Part shown: piece after piece, positions 29,080 to 38,747 of the stretch
Layout: every line of letters begins with the position of its first letter
How positions within the stretch are numbered: the stretch's first letter is position 1
Origin: a bacterium
Lineage (GTDB): Bacteria; SAR324; XYD2-FULL-50-16
Length of the DNA stretch: 64,000 nucleotides
Direction: 5' to 3'
NCBI GenBank assembly: GCA_032250835.1
Contig: JAVVEA010000010.1
Location: 32,001 to 96,000 of the forward strand
The notes under the pieces: model-generated
Told to the model about the DNA's origin: nothing
Databases searched by the model: none
The model's input: only the letters and a program-made list of their open reading frames with translations
Translations under genes and position numbers: made by a program

Positions 29080-29549
29080 GGGGACTCGTCCAGTTTTCCG
29101 GTTTGTCGGAGCGCCTCGTATAATACCAGAGCGCAACAGTTACTCAAATTCAGGCTCCGCACCTTTGGGTTAAACTGCGGTATTCTTAGGCTTTTAAAGC
29201 GTGAGAGGTAAGCCTGCGGCAGCCCCCGGGTCTCGGGACCAAAAACCAGCCAGTCACCGGGCTTAAATTGGGCCTGATGATAGGGGACTGGGGCCTTAGT
29301 GCTCAAGAGAAAGACCCGCTCGGGGTCAAGTTCGTCCATATAGGCGGCGCTTTCTTCAAAGCGGCGCAGATTGACCTGATCCCAATAGTCCAAACCAGCC
29401 CGGCGTACCGCTTTGTCGGAGATGTCAAAACCCAAAGGGCCGACGAGGTCCAGGCGGGTGCCGGTGGCGGCGCAAAGCCGGGCGATATTGCCGGTGTTCG
29501 GCGGGATTTCGGGCTCAATCAGCGCGATGGTAAAGGCTTTAGAATCCAT
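29076..29549 (-). CDS. trmL: tRNA (cytidine/uridine-34-2'-O)-methyltransferase
   Basis: EPEIPPNTGNIARLC, RRAGLDYW, FGPETRGL and RSLNLSN. Confidence 0.96.
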   Translation of the reverse strand: MDSKAFTIALIEPEIPPNTGNIARLCAATGTRLDLVGPLGFDISDKAVRRAGLDYWDQVNLRRFEESAAYMDELDPERVFLLSTKAPVPYHQAQFKPGDWLVFGPETRGLPQAYLSRFKSLRIPQFNPKVRSLNLSNCCALVLYEALRQTGKLDESP

Positions 29550-30294
29550 GTTGTTGCGCCGCGACTAAGGCTTTGTACTCCAACCCATTACCCCCAAAGA
29601 GGTCCAGAGCGCTACCGACGGTAAAGTCAATGTTCCCTGCGCCGGCTTCTTTGATTAGGGCCAGGTCTTCAAAGTTGCGCACCCCTCCGGCGTAGGTCAT
29701 CGGGTGCCCGGCCCAGCGGCCTAAGATCTCCAAAAGTCCCTGGTCGATGCCCAGTCCCTTGCCCTCTACATCCACCGCATGGATCAAAAATTCCGCGCAA
29801 GATTGGGCCAATAGGTCTAACTGGAAGGGCTCAATCGCCACCTCGGTAAAGTTTCTCCAAAGGTCCGTGACCACCCAATAAGTTCCACCTTTCTGGCGGC
29901 AGCTTAAATCCAAAACCAAGCGCTCGCGGCCCACGGCCTTTACTAGCTCCTTGAGGCGGTCTTGGTCTAACTTACCGTCTCGGAAGACATAAGAAGTGAC
30001 GATTACCGACTCAGCCCCGGCGTCTATCCATTGGCCCGCATTCGCCGCAGTCACCCCACCGCCGAGCTGCATCCCGCCGGGCCAAGCCTTTAGCGCTTCT
30101 TCGGCGGCGGCTTGGTTGCCCGGCCCTAGTTGGATCACGTGACCGCCGGTCAATCCGTCTTCTCGGTAGAGGGCGGCGTACCAAGCTGGGGGGTGTTGGG
30201 CTTCAAAATTGGTGACCAACTGGTCAGCAAAACTGGAACCAACCACTTGCTTCACTTGGCCTTGATGTAAATCAATACAAGGGCGAAAACGCAT
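29539..30294 (-). CDS. hisA: ProFAR isomerase, eukaryotic His6-type HisA
   Basis: FRPCIDLHQGQVKQVVG, GGHVIQLG, LVLDLSCR, EFLIHAVDVEG and TVGSALDLFGG. Confidence 0.93.
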   Translation of the reverse strand: MRFRPCIDLHQGQVKQVVGSSFADQLVTNFEAQHPPAWYAALYREDGLTGGHVIQLGPGNQAAAEEALKAWPGGMQLGGGVTAANAGQWIDAGAESVIVTSYVFRDGKLDQDRLKELVKAVGRERLVLDLSCRQKGGTYWVVTDLWRNFTEVAIEPFQLDLLAQSCAEFLIHAVDVEGKGLGIDQGLLEILGRWAGHPMTYAGGVRNFEDLALIKEAGAGNIDFTVGSALDLFGGNGLEYKALVAAQQHGF

Positions 30295-30414
30295 GGGGCT
30301 TTTCAGAGCAATTTAAAAGGCGTTAGATTATCTGATCTTCCAGCCAGCCTAGCGGCTTTGTGATGCCAGATAAAGCCGCAATTCTAAATGCTGGGCTAAA
30401 TTGTTGGAACTATT

Positions 30415-32298
30415 ATGTTTGTTCGGCTATTAGGGCTCCAGCCTCTCGGGTTTGTGGTGGCCGCTTTTTTGGTTTTTGGCGGCGCGTTGCAGCACGGGCT
30501 GATCCTTGGGTTGTTAGGATTCGATCAGCGTAATTGGGAACAACTCAAGCTGGGACTGGGGTACGACCTTATGCATGGTTGTATGCTCGCCGGGCTCACC
30601 ATGCTCTTGTTGCCCTGGGTGACCCGCAGCCCCCGCGGGGTCCGGCGCGTCCTCTGGGTTTGGCTGGGCTCGTTCTATTTTTTCCTCTTTGTTGACTATA
30701 CCTACGTCACCCAATTCGGCACCCACCTGCCCTATTCGACGATCGAATACTTAGATCAATTGGGCGAGTTTGGTAGTACCATGAACGCCGCCTTTGGTGG
30801 GGCTGGGTTTTGGCTTTTGTTCTTACTGCCTCTTGGGCTTTGGAGCGCATACCTCTTCTTCCTGCGCCAGACTTGGCCCCAATGGTACCTGCTCCATGCC
30901 AGTTGGCGGGACTTCGTTTTTTGGATGTTTTTAGGGGCATTAGCGGGGATCGCGCCCAACTCCAGGGTGGACAAAAACCTCAACGAGCCCTTGACCTCAA
31001 ACAGTTTGGTCTATTTTTACTGGTCTCGGAATTTTGAACGAGATGCACAGATCGCCAAACCCGAAGCGGCCCTTCTGACCGTTGCCCAATCCTTGAGTGG
31101 AACGGCCCCCAAAGAGCCGGGCTTTGAAGATTATCCTCTGGTGCGCGACCACCTTGCGCGCGGTTGCCGCGAGCAAACCCGACTCGCCTGGGCGCTTTGC
31201 GGCAAGCGGCAGCCAAACATATTGTTTGTTTTGATGGAGTCCTACCGCGCCGCAGACAACACTAGCTTCGGAAGCCCCTTGAATTTGACACCGGGCTTCG
31301 AAAAGTTACGACGCGAGGGGGTTTTATTCCGCAACTTTTTTGCCAACGGCTTCCAGACGAGGCATGGGCAGGTGGCTACCTTCTGTTCTCTGGTGCCCAA
31401 CTATGGTGCTCCGGTGATGAAAAATTACCTGAGCAACCATTATCTTTGTCTACCAGAGATGCTCAACCAAGCAGGCTACCAGACCTCGATCCTCTTCGGC
31501 ACGAGTGCTTCTTTTGACAACCAAGCCCGCTTTTTACCGGTCATGGGCTTTAACCAGGTTTTAGATTCCTTGGAATTTAATGAGCGGACCGAGATGTTAG
31601 GTTGGGGCGCTTCGGATCGTTCGGTCTTTAACCGGTGGCTGGACCATTTGAGCCAAGCCCAGGAGCCCTTCTTTTCGGCTATGATGAGTATCACCAACCA
31701 CCACCCCTTTGAGGTGCCGGAATCCTTTCGGGTATACGGCGCAAAGGACGGGCAGAGCCGATATTTTGAGGCCCTCCGTTACAGCGACCAGATGTTGTAT
31801 GAATTTGTGCAGAAGGCCAAAACCCAGTCTTGGTGGGATAATACCTTGATCTTCGTACTCGCTGACACTTCAAACTACCAACCTGCCCAAATCGAACCCA
31901 AAGATTTTCCTGAGTTTGTGCGGCTGCGTTCGCAAATCCCGCTGCTGATTTTGGGCGGAGCCCTGCGCGGGGGGTCTTATGAAGAAAGGGCTTACCATGA
32001 CCAAATCGACTTGGCCCCGACGGTGTTGGACCTATTGCGTACGCCCTACCGGGCCGCCTTCGCCGGGGAAAGCCTGATGTCTTTGCGCCCCGGCATAGCC
32101 CAAACCAACCGACCTGGTAATTATTGGGCCGTGATGAGCGAAGAGGGAGCGGTTTATTGGGAAAATGGCCGCTATCCCCATGTGTCGGAAAACATGCCGC
32201 CAAGCCTAGCCGAAGACTACAACCAATTGGGGAGGTCATGGAATCTAGCCCAACAGTGGATGTTGCAAGAAGATAAAATCTGGAAGGAGTTTCCATGA
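30415..32298 (+). CDS. LTA synthase/OpgB-like membrane sulfatase-fold phosphotransferase
   Basis: About five N-terminal TMs; PNILFVLMES, ANGFQT, NHHPF and QIDLAPTVL. Confidence 0.88.
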   Translation: MFVRLLGLQPLGFVVAAFLVFGGALQHGLILGLLGFDQRNWEQLKLGLGYDLMHGCMLAGLTMLLLPWVTRSPRGVRRVLWVWLGSFYFFLFVDYTYVTQFGTHLPYSTIEYLDQLGEFGSTMNAAFGGAGFWLLFLLPLGLWSAYLFFLRQTWPQWYLLHASWRDFVFWMFLGALAGIAPNSRVDKNLNEPLTSNSLVYFYWSRNFERDAQIAKPEAALLTVAQSLSGTAPKEPGFEDYPLVRDHLARGCREQTRLAWALCGKRQPNILFVLMESYRAADNTSFGSPLNLTPGFEKLRREGVLFRNFFANGFQTRHGQVATFCSLVPNYGAPVMKNYLSNHYLCLPEMLNQAGYQTSILFGTSASFDNQARFLPVMGFNQVLDSLEFNERTEMLGWGASDRSVFNRWLDHLSQAQEPFFSAMMSITNHHPFEVPESFRVYGAKDGQSRYFEALRYSDQMLYEFVQKAKTQSWWDNTLIFVLADTSNYQPAQIEPKDFPEFVRLRSQIPLLILGGALRGGSYEERAYHDQIDLAPTVLDLLRTPYRAAFAGESLMSLRPGIAQTNRPGNYWAVMSEEGAVYWENGRYPHVSENMPPSLAEDYNQLGRSWNLAQQWMLQEDKIWKEFP

Positions 32299-34145
32299 AA
32301 CGGCTCGCCATCAGTTTTCTGCTGCTCTGGTTGCCCTTTGGCCTAGCGCGCTGGGCCCTGTTGCTGATCTATCCCCAGTCCTTTGATGCCATGGGATTTG
32401 ACCAGCTAACCGGAGCCTTTTTGCGGGGGTTAGTTTTTGATTTCTCCAGCATTGCCGTTTTCGGCGCGGTGCCCTTTTTGGCCTATTTTCTCCCCGGTTT
32501 GTCGCGGTACAAATCCTGGAGCGCCCTGTGGCACCTGGTCTTGGCCGCGGGCTCGGTGGCTCTTTGGGCCCTATTGGTGATCGATTTGGTTTATTTTGGG
32601 CGGGTGCAGCGCCACTTGACCTTTGAACTGGGCTTACTTGAAGGAGACTGGGGGTTGATGGCCCGGATGGTCGGTCAGGGCTTCAGGTTACAGGCCCTCT
32701 TTTTTGCTCTGCTCGTCGCCAGTTGGCTTTATGCTTGGTGGCGGCTTTGGCAGGTTCCCTTGCGTCCCTTTGGTTGGAAGCGCTGGGGCGCCCTGCTGTT
32801 GCTCCTTATCTTTTTGGGCCGGGGCGGATGGGGGAGCAAGCCCTTGGCGGTGATCGACGCCTACCAGGGAGGCGACTCCCAGTCGGCCAATCTGGTTTTA
32901 AACGGTCTATTCACCACCAGTCATGCGTTGCTGATGGCTTCTGAGGCGAACCATAATCATTTTGAGCCCGCCCAAGCCTTTGCCCAAGCCTTTCCTGAGG
33001 CAGACCGCCAAGCGAAATTCCCGCTGCTCCGGCAGGGGCAGGGGCCCCGCAAAGGCCTCAACTTGGTTTTTATCTTGGTCGAGAGCTTAAGCTCTTATTA
33101 CATCGACGCCCTTGGGGAGCCGCAATTTGGGGTCACCCCTTTCTTGGACGACTTAATCTCACGCTCCTTGGTTTATACCGAGTTTTACGCTTCCGGGCAG
33201 CGCAGCTTGGAGGGGATCCAAATTTCCTTGACCGGCGTGCCTAGCCTGGAAGGGCAGCCCAATATTGGGCAGGGATTCCAGACCCGTTTCCAGGGGCTAG
33301 GTCATTTGGCTAAAATCAACGGCTACCAAACGCTCTATGTTCAGGCCATGATGCGCCAAAGCTTCCGGGGTGAAAGCATTGCTGGGGCGACGGGTTTTGA
33401 ACATTATTACGGGCAAGAGGACATCCCCCTGCTGCTCGATTACCCTGACCCTAGTGGGGCCCCTTTCGGCTGGGATTATGAGACCCTACAATTCTCTTTA
33501 GAGAAGATGAAGGACCTGCAAAAGCCCTTTGCCGCCTATTTGGTCACTTCCACCACCCACGAGCCCTACCCAAGGCTACAGAAGCGGTTCGAGAAATACC
33601 CGCCCAGCAGCAATGAAGAGTCGGGCTTCTTAAACAGTTTGGCTTATGCCGATTGGTCTTTAAAGCGTTTCTTTGAGGAAGCTTCCAAAGAGCCCTGGTA
33701 CGGAAATACGCTGTTTGTGATCACCGCCGACCACGGCTTGGCGCTTTACAACAACAAGCAGTTTTTAGAATATTTCAGGACCCCGTTGATCCTTTTCCAG
33801 CCCGGCGTGACGCAGCCCGAGCGGCGCACCAATTTGGGTTCCCAGCTGGACCTGATCCCCACTTTGGTGGAGGCGATGGGTTGGACGGGCCCCTACGCCA
33901 CCATGGGCCAAAGCTTACTAGGTCCCGGTCCGGGGTACGCGATGGCCAAGATGGGGGATATGATGGTGCTGATCAACAAAGAAGGTTATATCCGCCATAA
34001 CCTTGACCGGGTGGTCGAGTCAAGCGCTAGGCCCGAAGGTTCGGCTCCATTGGCCTTAGAGACCCAGGCGGCCATGGAGACCCAGTTGCTGTCCTTAGAC
34101 CAGACGGTTTTTGATCTTTTGCAAGAAAACCGCTGGTTTCCATGA
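32295..34145 (+). CDS. LTA synthase/OpgB-like membrane sulfatase-fold phosphotransferase (second paralog)
   Basis: TM region; NLVFILVES, SGQRS, THEPY, ITADHG and SQLDLIPT. ATGA overlap with the first paralog. Confidence 0.9.
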   Translation: MKRLAISFLLLWLPFGLARWALLLIYPQSFDAMGFDQLTGAFLRGLVFDFSSIAVFGAVPFLAYFLPGLSRYKSWSALWHLVLAAGSVALWALLVIDLVYFGRVQRHLTFELGLLEGDWGLMARMVGQGFRLQALFFALLVASWLYAWWRLWQVPLRPFGWKRWGALLLLLIFLGRGGWGSKPLAVIDAYQGGDSQSANLVLNGLFTTSHALLMASEANHNHFEPAQAFAQAFPEADRQAKFPLLRQGQGPRKGLNLVFILVESLSSYYIDALGEPQFGVTPFLDDLISRSLVYTEFYASGQRSLEGIQISLTGVPSLEGQPNIGQGFQTRFQGLGHLAKINGYQTLYVQAMMRQSFRGESIAGATGFEHYYGQEDIPLLLDYPDPSGAPFGWDYETLQFSLEKMKDLQKPFAAYLVTSTTHEPYPRLQKRFEKYPPSSNEESGFLNSLAYADWSLKRFFEEASKEPWYGNTLFVITADHGLALYNNKQFLEYFRTPLILFQPGVTQPERRTNLGSQLDLIPTLVEAMGWTGPYATMGQSLLGPGPGYAMAKMGDMMVLINKEGYIRHNLDRVVESSARPEGSAPLALETQAAMETQLLSLDQTVFDLLQENRWFP

Positions 34146-34173
34146 GGCCAGCCAACCTGCGCCTCAAAAAGGA

Positions 34174-35256
34174 TTAGCTCTCGATCAGACTTTCGGCGAA
34201 GAGGTGTGCGTCAAAGGCTTGCAGGTCCGCAACCCGCTCACCAACACCAATGAAATAAACGGGCAGTTCAAATTCGTTGACGATCCCGATCACCACTCCG
34301 CCCTTGGCCGTGCCGTCCAGTTTGGTGACGATCAAACCATCGAGTTCCACGACCGCCGTAAATTCCTTGGTTTGGACAATGGCATTTTGCCCCGTGTTGG
34401 CATCGATGACCAACAAAGAGGCATGGGGAGCGGTGGGTAGGACCTTTTGCAGGCTGCGCTTCATCTTGCCTAACTCGTCCATCAAGTGCTTTTTGTTGTG
34501 CAAACGCCCGGAGGTGTCGCAGAGCAAAACGTCGTAGCCTTCCTCTTTGGCGCGTACGGCGGCCTCGTACATGGTGGCCGAAGGGTCTGAGTTTTGGTCT
34601 TTGGCGATGTAATCCACGCCGACCTGCTCACACCAATGCACCAATTGTTCGATGGCCGCGGCGCGGAAGGTGTCCCCAGCGGCGACCAGCACCTTTTTCC
34701 CCTGCTCCTTGAGTTGGGCGGCGAGCTTGCCGATGCTGGTGGTTTTGCCCACCCCGTTGACGCCCACAAAGAGATACACTGTGGGCCCGGCCTGGGCCTG
34801 GGGCAACTCTTTGGTGCCGATGTCCATGATCTGGGTGATCACTTGCTTAACCTGGGCGATGGCTTCGGATTGGCTGCGCGCTTTGCCTGCGTCCACCTGG
34901 GCTTGGACAAACTCCACGATCTTCATGGCCGTCGCGACGCCGAGGTCCGCTGAGAGCAGCCGTTCTTCTAGTTCCTCTAAAAACTCCTCGTCCACCGCCT
35001 CGTCGCTGGCCATGGCCAAGATCGAGCCGTTGAAGATGCTGCGGGTCTTCGCTAGGCCCTTTTTCAGGCCCGCCATAAAGCCTTGCTGGGGGGCCTCGAC
35101 GCCGCGCAATCCCTTGGTCAGCAGGCCTTCTTCGGCACGGCGTTGGGCCTCGGCCTCGCTGATCTGCTGGCCCAATTCCCGGGCTTTCGCCTGTTCGGCC
35201 TGGACTTCTTCCTTGAGGCGTTTCTTGGCCTCCCGCTTTTGTTTGTTGAACAGCAT
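34174..35256 (-). CDS. ftsY: Signal recognition particle receptor FtsY
   Basis: GVNGVGKTTSIGKLA, DTFRAAA, DTSGR and TKLDGTAKGG. Confidence 0.97.
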   Translation of the reverse strand: MLFNKQKREAKKRLKEEVQAEQAKARELGQQISEAEAQRRAEEGLLTKGLRGVEAPQQGFMAGLKKGLAKTRSIFNGSILAMASDEAVDEEFLEELEERLLSADLGVATAMKIVEFVQAQVDAGKARSQSEAIAQVKQVITQIMDIGTKELPQAQAGPTVYLFVGVNGVGKTTSIGKLAAQLKEQGKKVLVAAGDTFRAAAIEQLVHWCEQVGVDYIAKDQNSDPSATMYEAAVRAKEEGYDVLLCDTSGRLHNKKHLMDELGKMKRSLQKVLPTAPHASLLVIDANTGQNAIVQTKEFTAVVELDGLIVTKLDGTAKGGVVIGIVNEFELPVYFIGVGERVADLQAFDAHLFAESLIES

Positions 35257-35386
35257 GGTTCCTCATATGGGTTTAATAGTTCCTAGCCTATTGGAGCCCA
35301 ATGGATCAAGGGCCGGGTGCACTTGACAAAATTGACAAACCCTCGATAGGGTGAGGGCGGTTGGACAACGGACTTTTAAGGAGCAC

Positions 35387-36898
35387 ATGTCATTAGATTT
35401 ATTTAATCAGATCAGTAAAGTACTTAATTCGAACTCTGATTTGATCCGCAGTGTCAACGTGGTTTTGATGCTGCTTCAGGATTATCTCGCCGTACGAAAC
35501 CCCTGTCTGCTGATCCGCGACAACGTGATCAACAAGTTCTTCATCGACATAGCACCCGAAATCGATGAACTGGATAAAAATCGCTGGAACCAGCGGATTG
35601 CGTCTGGATTGGGTGTTTTACAGGGCCTTAAATTACAGCACGAAAGCCTGCTCTATCCAGGCGACCAAGATTTTCTGGACCTACCTATGCCCGAAGACTT
35701 GGTCGGCAAGCCGGTGGTGCATTTGATCCAGCCGGTGATCTACCGCCAGCAAAACCTACCTCTGGGCCTGTTGAGCGCGTACATCACCGAGTTTGATCAG
35801 GTCAACTTGGTCCAAAAGACCTTTAAGTTTTTATCCGACTTTTTGGCGTTATCGATGGTCGCCAAAGGCTTTCCGGTGCCTGAGATCACCGACGCCGAAC
35901 CGGAGCGCGAAAAAATCCCCACCATTTTAGAAGGGATCGTCGGGCAATCGGATTCCTTAAAAGAAGTGGCCATGATCGTCAAAAAAGTGGCGGCCTCCAA
36001 GGCCACCGTGTTGATCCGAGGCGAATCGGGCACCGGTAAAGAACTATTTGCCCAAGCGATCCATAACTACAGCCTGCACAAAAAGGCTCCCTTTGTGGGC
36101 GTTAACTGCGCGGCCCTTTCAGATTCGCTTTTAGAGTCCGAACTCTTTGGGCATGAAAAGGGTGCCTTTACCGGTGCCACCCAAACCCGGAAAGGGCGCT
36201 TTGAATTAGCCGACGGCGGCACCCTGTTTTTAGACGAGATCGGCGACACCAGCTTGGGCTTCCAGGCAAAAATCTTAAGGGTGCTTCAAGAAGGCCAGTT
36301 TGAACGGCTTGGCGGTACCAAGACCCTACATGTAGATGTGCGGATTCTCTGCGCCACGAACGTCGATCTTGAAGCGGTTATCGCCGAGGGGACCTTCCGT
36401 GAAGACCTCTATTACCGCCTCAACGTGATCACGCTGGATATCCCCCCGCTGCGTGAACGGCGCGACGATGTGCAGCTACTGGTGCAGTTTTTCTTAGACC
36501 GCTTCAACCGGCGCGATGGCACCCATGTCCGCATCCGCGAAGAAGACATGTTGTACCTTTGTGGCCTAGACTGGCCTGGGAACGTGCGGGAGTTAGAAAA
36601 CCTGGTTCAGTCCGGCTTTTTGATGGAAAAAAACGGTTGGTTCAACCTCCCCAGCTCTAAACGCCCTAAGGCCCCACGACCTCGCGCACCGGCCTTTGCG
36701 CCGCTGAGTGCCAACCACGCGGTGGTCGAAGGCCCGCGTAATGGGGTGGTCAAAGAAGAGATTGTGGCTATAGAAGACGCGCTGCGTGCCGCTCGTGGCG
36801 TGCAGGTCAAGGCCGCCAAGACGCTGGGCATCTCTCTGCGTCAGTTGAGGTATCGAATCCAGAAATACAACCTGACGGTACGAAAGATCCACCTTTAA
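35387..36898 (+). CDS. Sigma54-dependent enhancer-binding protein with degenerate GAF-like N-terminus (NifA/FhlA-like architecture)
   Basis: [38 protein letters not shown] and a Fis-type HTH. AAGGAG RBS before ATG 35387. Confidence 0.93.
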   Translation: MSLDLFNQISKVLNSNSDLIRSVNVVLMLLQDYLAVRNPCLLIRDNVINKFFIDIAPEIDELDKNRWNQRIASGLGVLQGLKLQHESLLYPGDQDFLDLPMPEDLVGKPVVHLIQPVIYRQQNLPLGLLSAYITEFDQVNLVQKTFKFLSDFLALSMVAKGFPVPEITDAEPEREKIPTILEGIVGQSDSLKEVAMIVKKVAASKATVLIRGESGTGKELFAQAIHNYSLHKKAPFVGVNCAALSDSLLESELFGHEKGAFTGATQTRKGRFELADGGTLFLDEIGDTSLGFQAKILRVLQEGQFERLGGTKTLHVDVRILCATNVDLEAVIAEGTFREDLYYRLNVITLDIPPLRERRDDVQLLVQFFLDRFNRRDGTHVRIREEDMLYLCGLDWPGNVRELENLVQSGFLMEKNGWFNLPSSKRPKAPRPRAPAFAPLSANHAVVEGPRNGVVKEEIVAIEDALRAARGVQVKAAKTLGISLRQLRYRIQKYNLTVRKIHL

Positions 36899-36939
36899 CC
36901 GGCGACGACCCCGAGGTTGTCAGTTTTCTTAAAGAGTCC

Positions 36940-37440
36940 ATGTATTTTAACTCACCCTTGTTTTGGGTCTTGATGGGTTTGGTGGTGGTCGTGATGGCGC
37001 TACGCAACCGCTCCAAAGCCCGCCCGGTTGAAAAGCCCGACCCAGGTGTTAGTATGGAAGCGGTCCAGCTTTTTTCCCCCTTGAATCGGCAAACTCCGCT
37101 GGCTTGTTTGATGTCCGATGGCGTGAAATACGGCGTGCTTTTTGAAGAAAAAGAACCGCCGGACTTGCCGCACGCCCCTGGCTGCCAATGCATCAGCGTC
37201 CCCTTTAAGGCCACTTTAAATGCTCTATACCGGGGCAAGGGCCCGGACGAAACGCCCTCCATCAGCGAGCTAGGCGAATTGAGCGGTAGCCCAAAACGTT
37301 ACTACAAATGCCGTCTGATCGCTCGCCACCCAGACGCAAGCCCCGCCCAAAGGGCCGAATATTCGCAACTGGCCCTAGAAATGCGGGTCGCAGAAGATTT
37401 TAGAACCCAAGTGGACCAACTATTCGAAGGAGAGACATGA
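36940..37440 (+). CDS. Membrane-anchored protein with a MuF-like Cys/His motif
   Basis: N-terminal TM; RQTPLACLMSDG...PPDLPHAPGCQC. Translationally coupled to rfaD. Confidence 0.6.
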   Translation: MYFNSPLFWVLMGLVVVVMALRNRSKARPVEKPDPGVSMEAVQLFSPLNRQTPLACLMSDGVKYGVLFEEKEPPDLPHAPGCQCISVPFKATLNALYRGKGPDETPSISELGELSGSPKRYYKCRLIARHPDASPAQRAEYSQLALEMRVAEDFRTQVDQLFEGET

Positions 37441-38396
37441 TTGTTGTTACCGGCGGCGCGGGCTTTATTGGCAGCCGCATCATCAACGGATTAAACCAGC
37501 GGGGCATCACCGATATTTTGGTGGTCGACCATATGGGCACCCAAGACAAATACAAAAACTTGATTGGCCTGCGCTACGCCGACTATCTGGAAAAAGACCG
37601 GTTCTTGGATTTGATTGAATATGAAGAGTTCCACGCCCCCGTCTCGGCCATCATCCACATGGGTGCTTGTTCGGCGACCACCGAATTAGACGGAAGTTTT
37701 CTGATGGAAAACAACCTCCGTTATAGCCAAGTATTGGCGCGTTTCTGCCGGGAACAGGGGGCTAGGTTTATCTATGCTTCGAGTGCGGCCACCTATGGCG
37801 ACGGGGACCAGGGCTACTCGGATCAATCGGACCTGTTGGGCTTTAAGCCTTTAAACCCCTACGGCTTTTCTAAGTACGCCTTTGACCTCTGGGCAGAGCG
37901 CGAAGGCCTGTTGGATCAGATCGTGGGGTTGAAGTTCTTTAATGTCTACGGCCCCAACGAACGCCACAAAGGCGATATGCGTAGCGTGGTCAGCAAGGCC
38001 TTCGACCAGATCCAAGAAACGGGCTTGGTTAAGCTGTTTAAGTCCCACCGCCCGGACTTTGAAGACGGACAACAATTACGCGATTTTGTTTACGTCGAAG
38101 ATGCCGTCAAGATGGTACTCTTCTTTCTGGAACACCCCGCAGTGGGCGGCGTCTTTAACGTCGGCACCGGCGAGGCCCGCAGCTTTAAGGATCTGGTCAG
38201 CGCCACTTTCCGTGCCTTGGGCAAGGAGCCAAACATAGAGTTCATCCCCATGCCCGAGCACTTGCGCGAGCGCTACCAGTACTACACCCAAGCGGCCATG
38301 GACAAAGCGCGGGCCGCTGGCTACCAAGAGCCCATGACCTCCTTGGAAGTTGGGGTGAGCGACTATGTACAAAACTACTTGTTGAAAGGCAATTAG
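37437..38396 (+). CDS. rfaD: ADP-L-glycero-D-manno-heptose 6-epimerase
   Basis: IVVTGGAGFIGS, HMGACSAT, YASSAATYG, PLNPYGFSK, FFNVYGPNE and YQYYTQA. Confidence 0.96.
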   Translation: MIVVTGGAGFIGSRIINGLNQRGITDILVVDHMGTQDKYKNLIGLRYADYLEKDRFLDLIEYEEFHAPVSAIIHMGACSATTELDGSFLMENNLRYSQVLARFCREQGARFIYASSAATYGDGDQGYSDQSDLLGFKPLNPYGFSKYAFDLWAEREGLLDQIVGLKFFNVYGPNERHKGDMRSVVSKAFDQIQETGLVKLFKSHRPDFEDGQQLRDFVYVEDAVKMVLFFLEHPAVGGVFNVGTGEARSFKDLVSATFRALGKEPNIEFIPMPEHLRERYQYYTQAAMDKARAAGYQEPMTSLEVGVSDYVQNYLLKGN

Positions 38397-38410
38397 CCAT
38401 AGGAGAGCCT

Positions 38411-38722
38411 ATGTCGGTCTTGATGGAATTTTCTATGACCCCTTTAGATCAAGGGGAAAGCGTCTCCAAATATGTGGCCCGCAGCTTAGACATCATCGAT
38501 GCCTCGGGCCTGCCCTACCGCCTGGGCCCCATGGGCACCACCGTCGAGGGGGAGTGGGATGAGGTGATGGCACTGGCCAAGGCTTGTTACCTGCGCATGT
38601 CCGCCGATTGCGCGCGCATCACCTGCAGCATCAAGATCGACGCCCGCCAAGGTTCGGGCGGCCGCCTAAACTCCAAGACCGACAAGCTACAAGCAGTATT
38701 GGGAAGGGAATTAAAACAGTAA
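38411..38722 (+). CDS. MTH1187/YkoF-family thiamine-binding protein
   Basis: SVSKYVA, GPMGTTVEGEWDEV and KIDAR. Confidence 0.9.
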   Translation: MSVLMEFSMTPLDQGESVSKYVARSLDIIDASGLPYRLGPMGTTVEGEWDEVMALAKACYLRMSADCARITCSIKIDARQGSGGRLNSKTDKLQAVLGRELKQ

Positions 38723-38747
38723 AACCAGATGCCAAGCGGCGAGCGGC

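Noticed and set aside
35387-36898. nifA and nitrogen fixation
   Set aside because: Only the generic GAF-like/AAA+/HTH architecture is present and there are no nif genes in the window.
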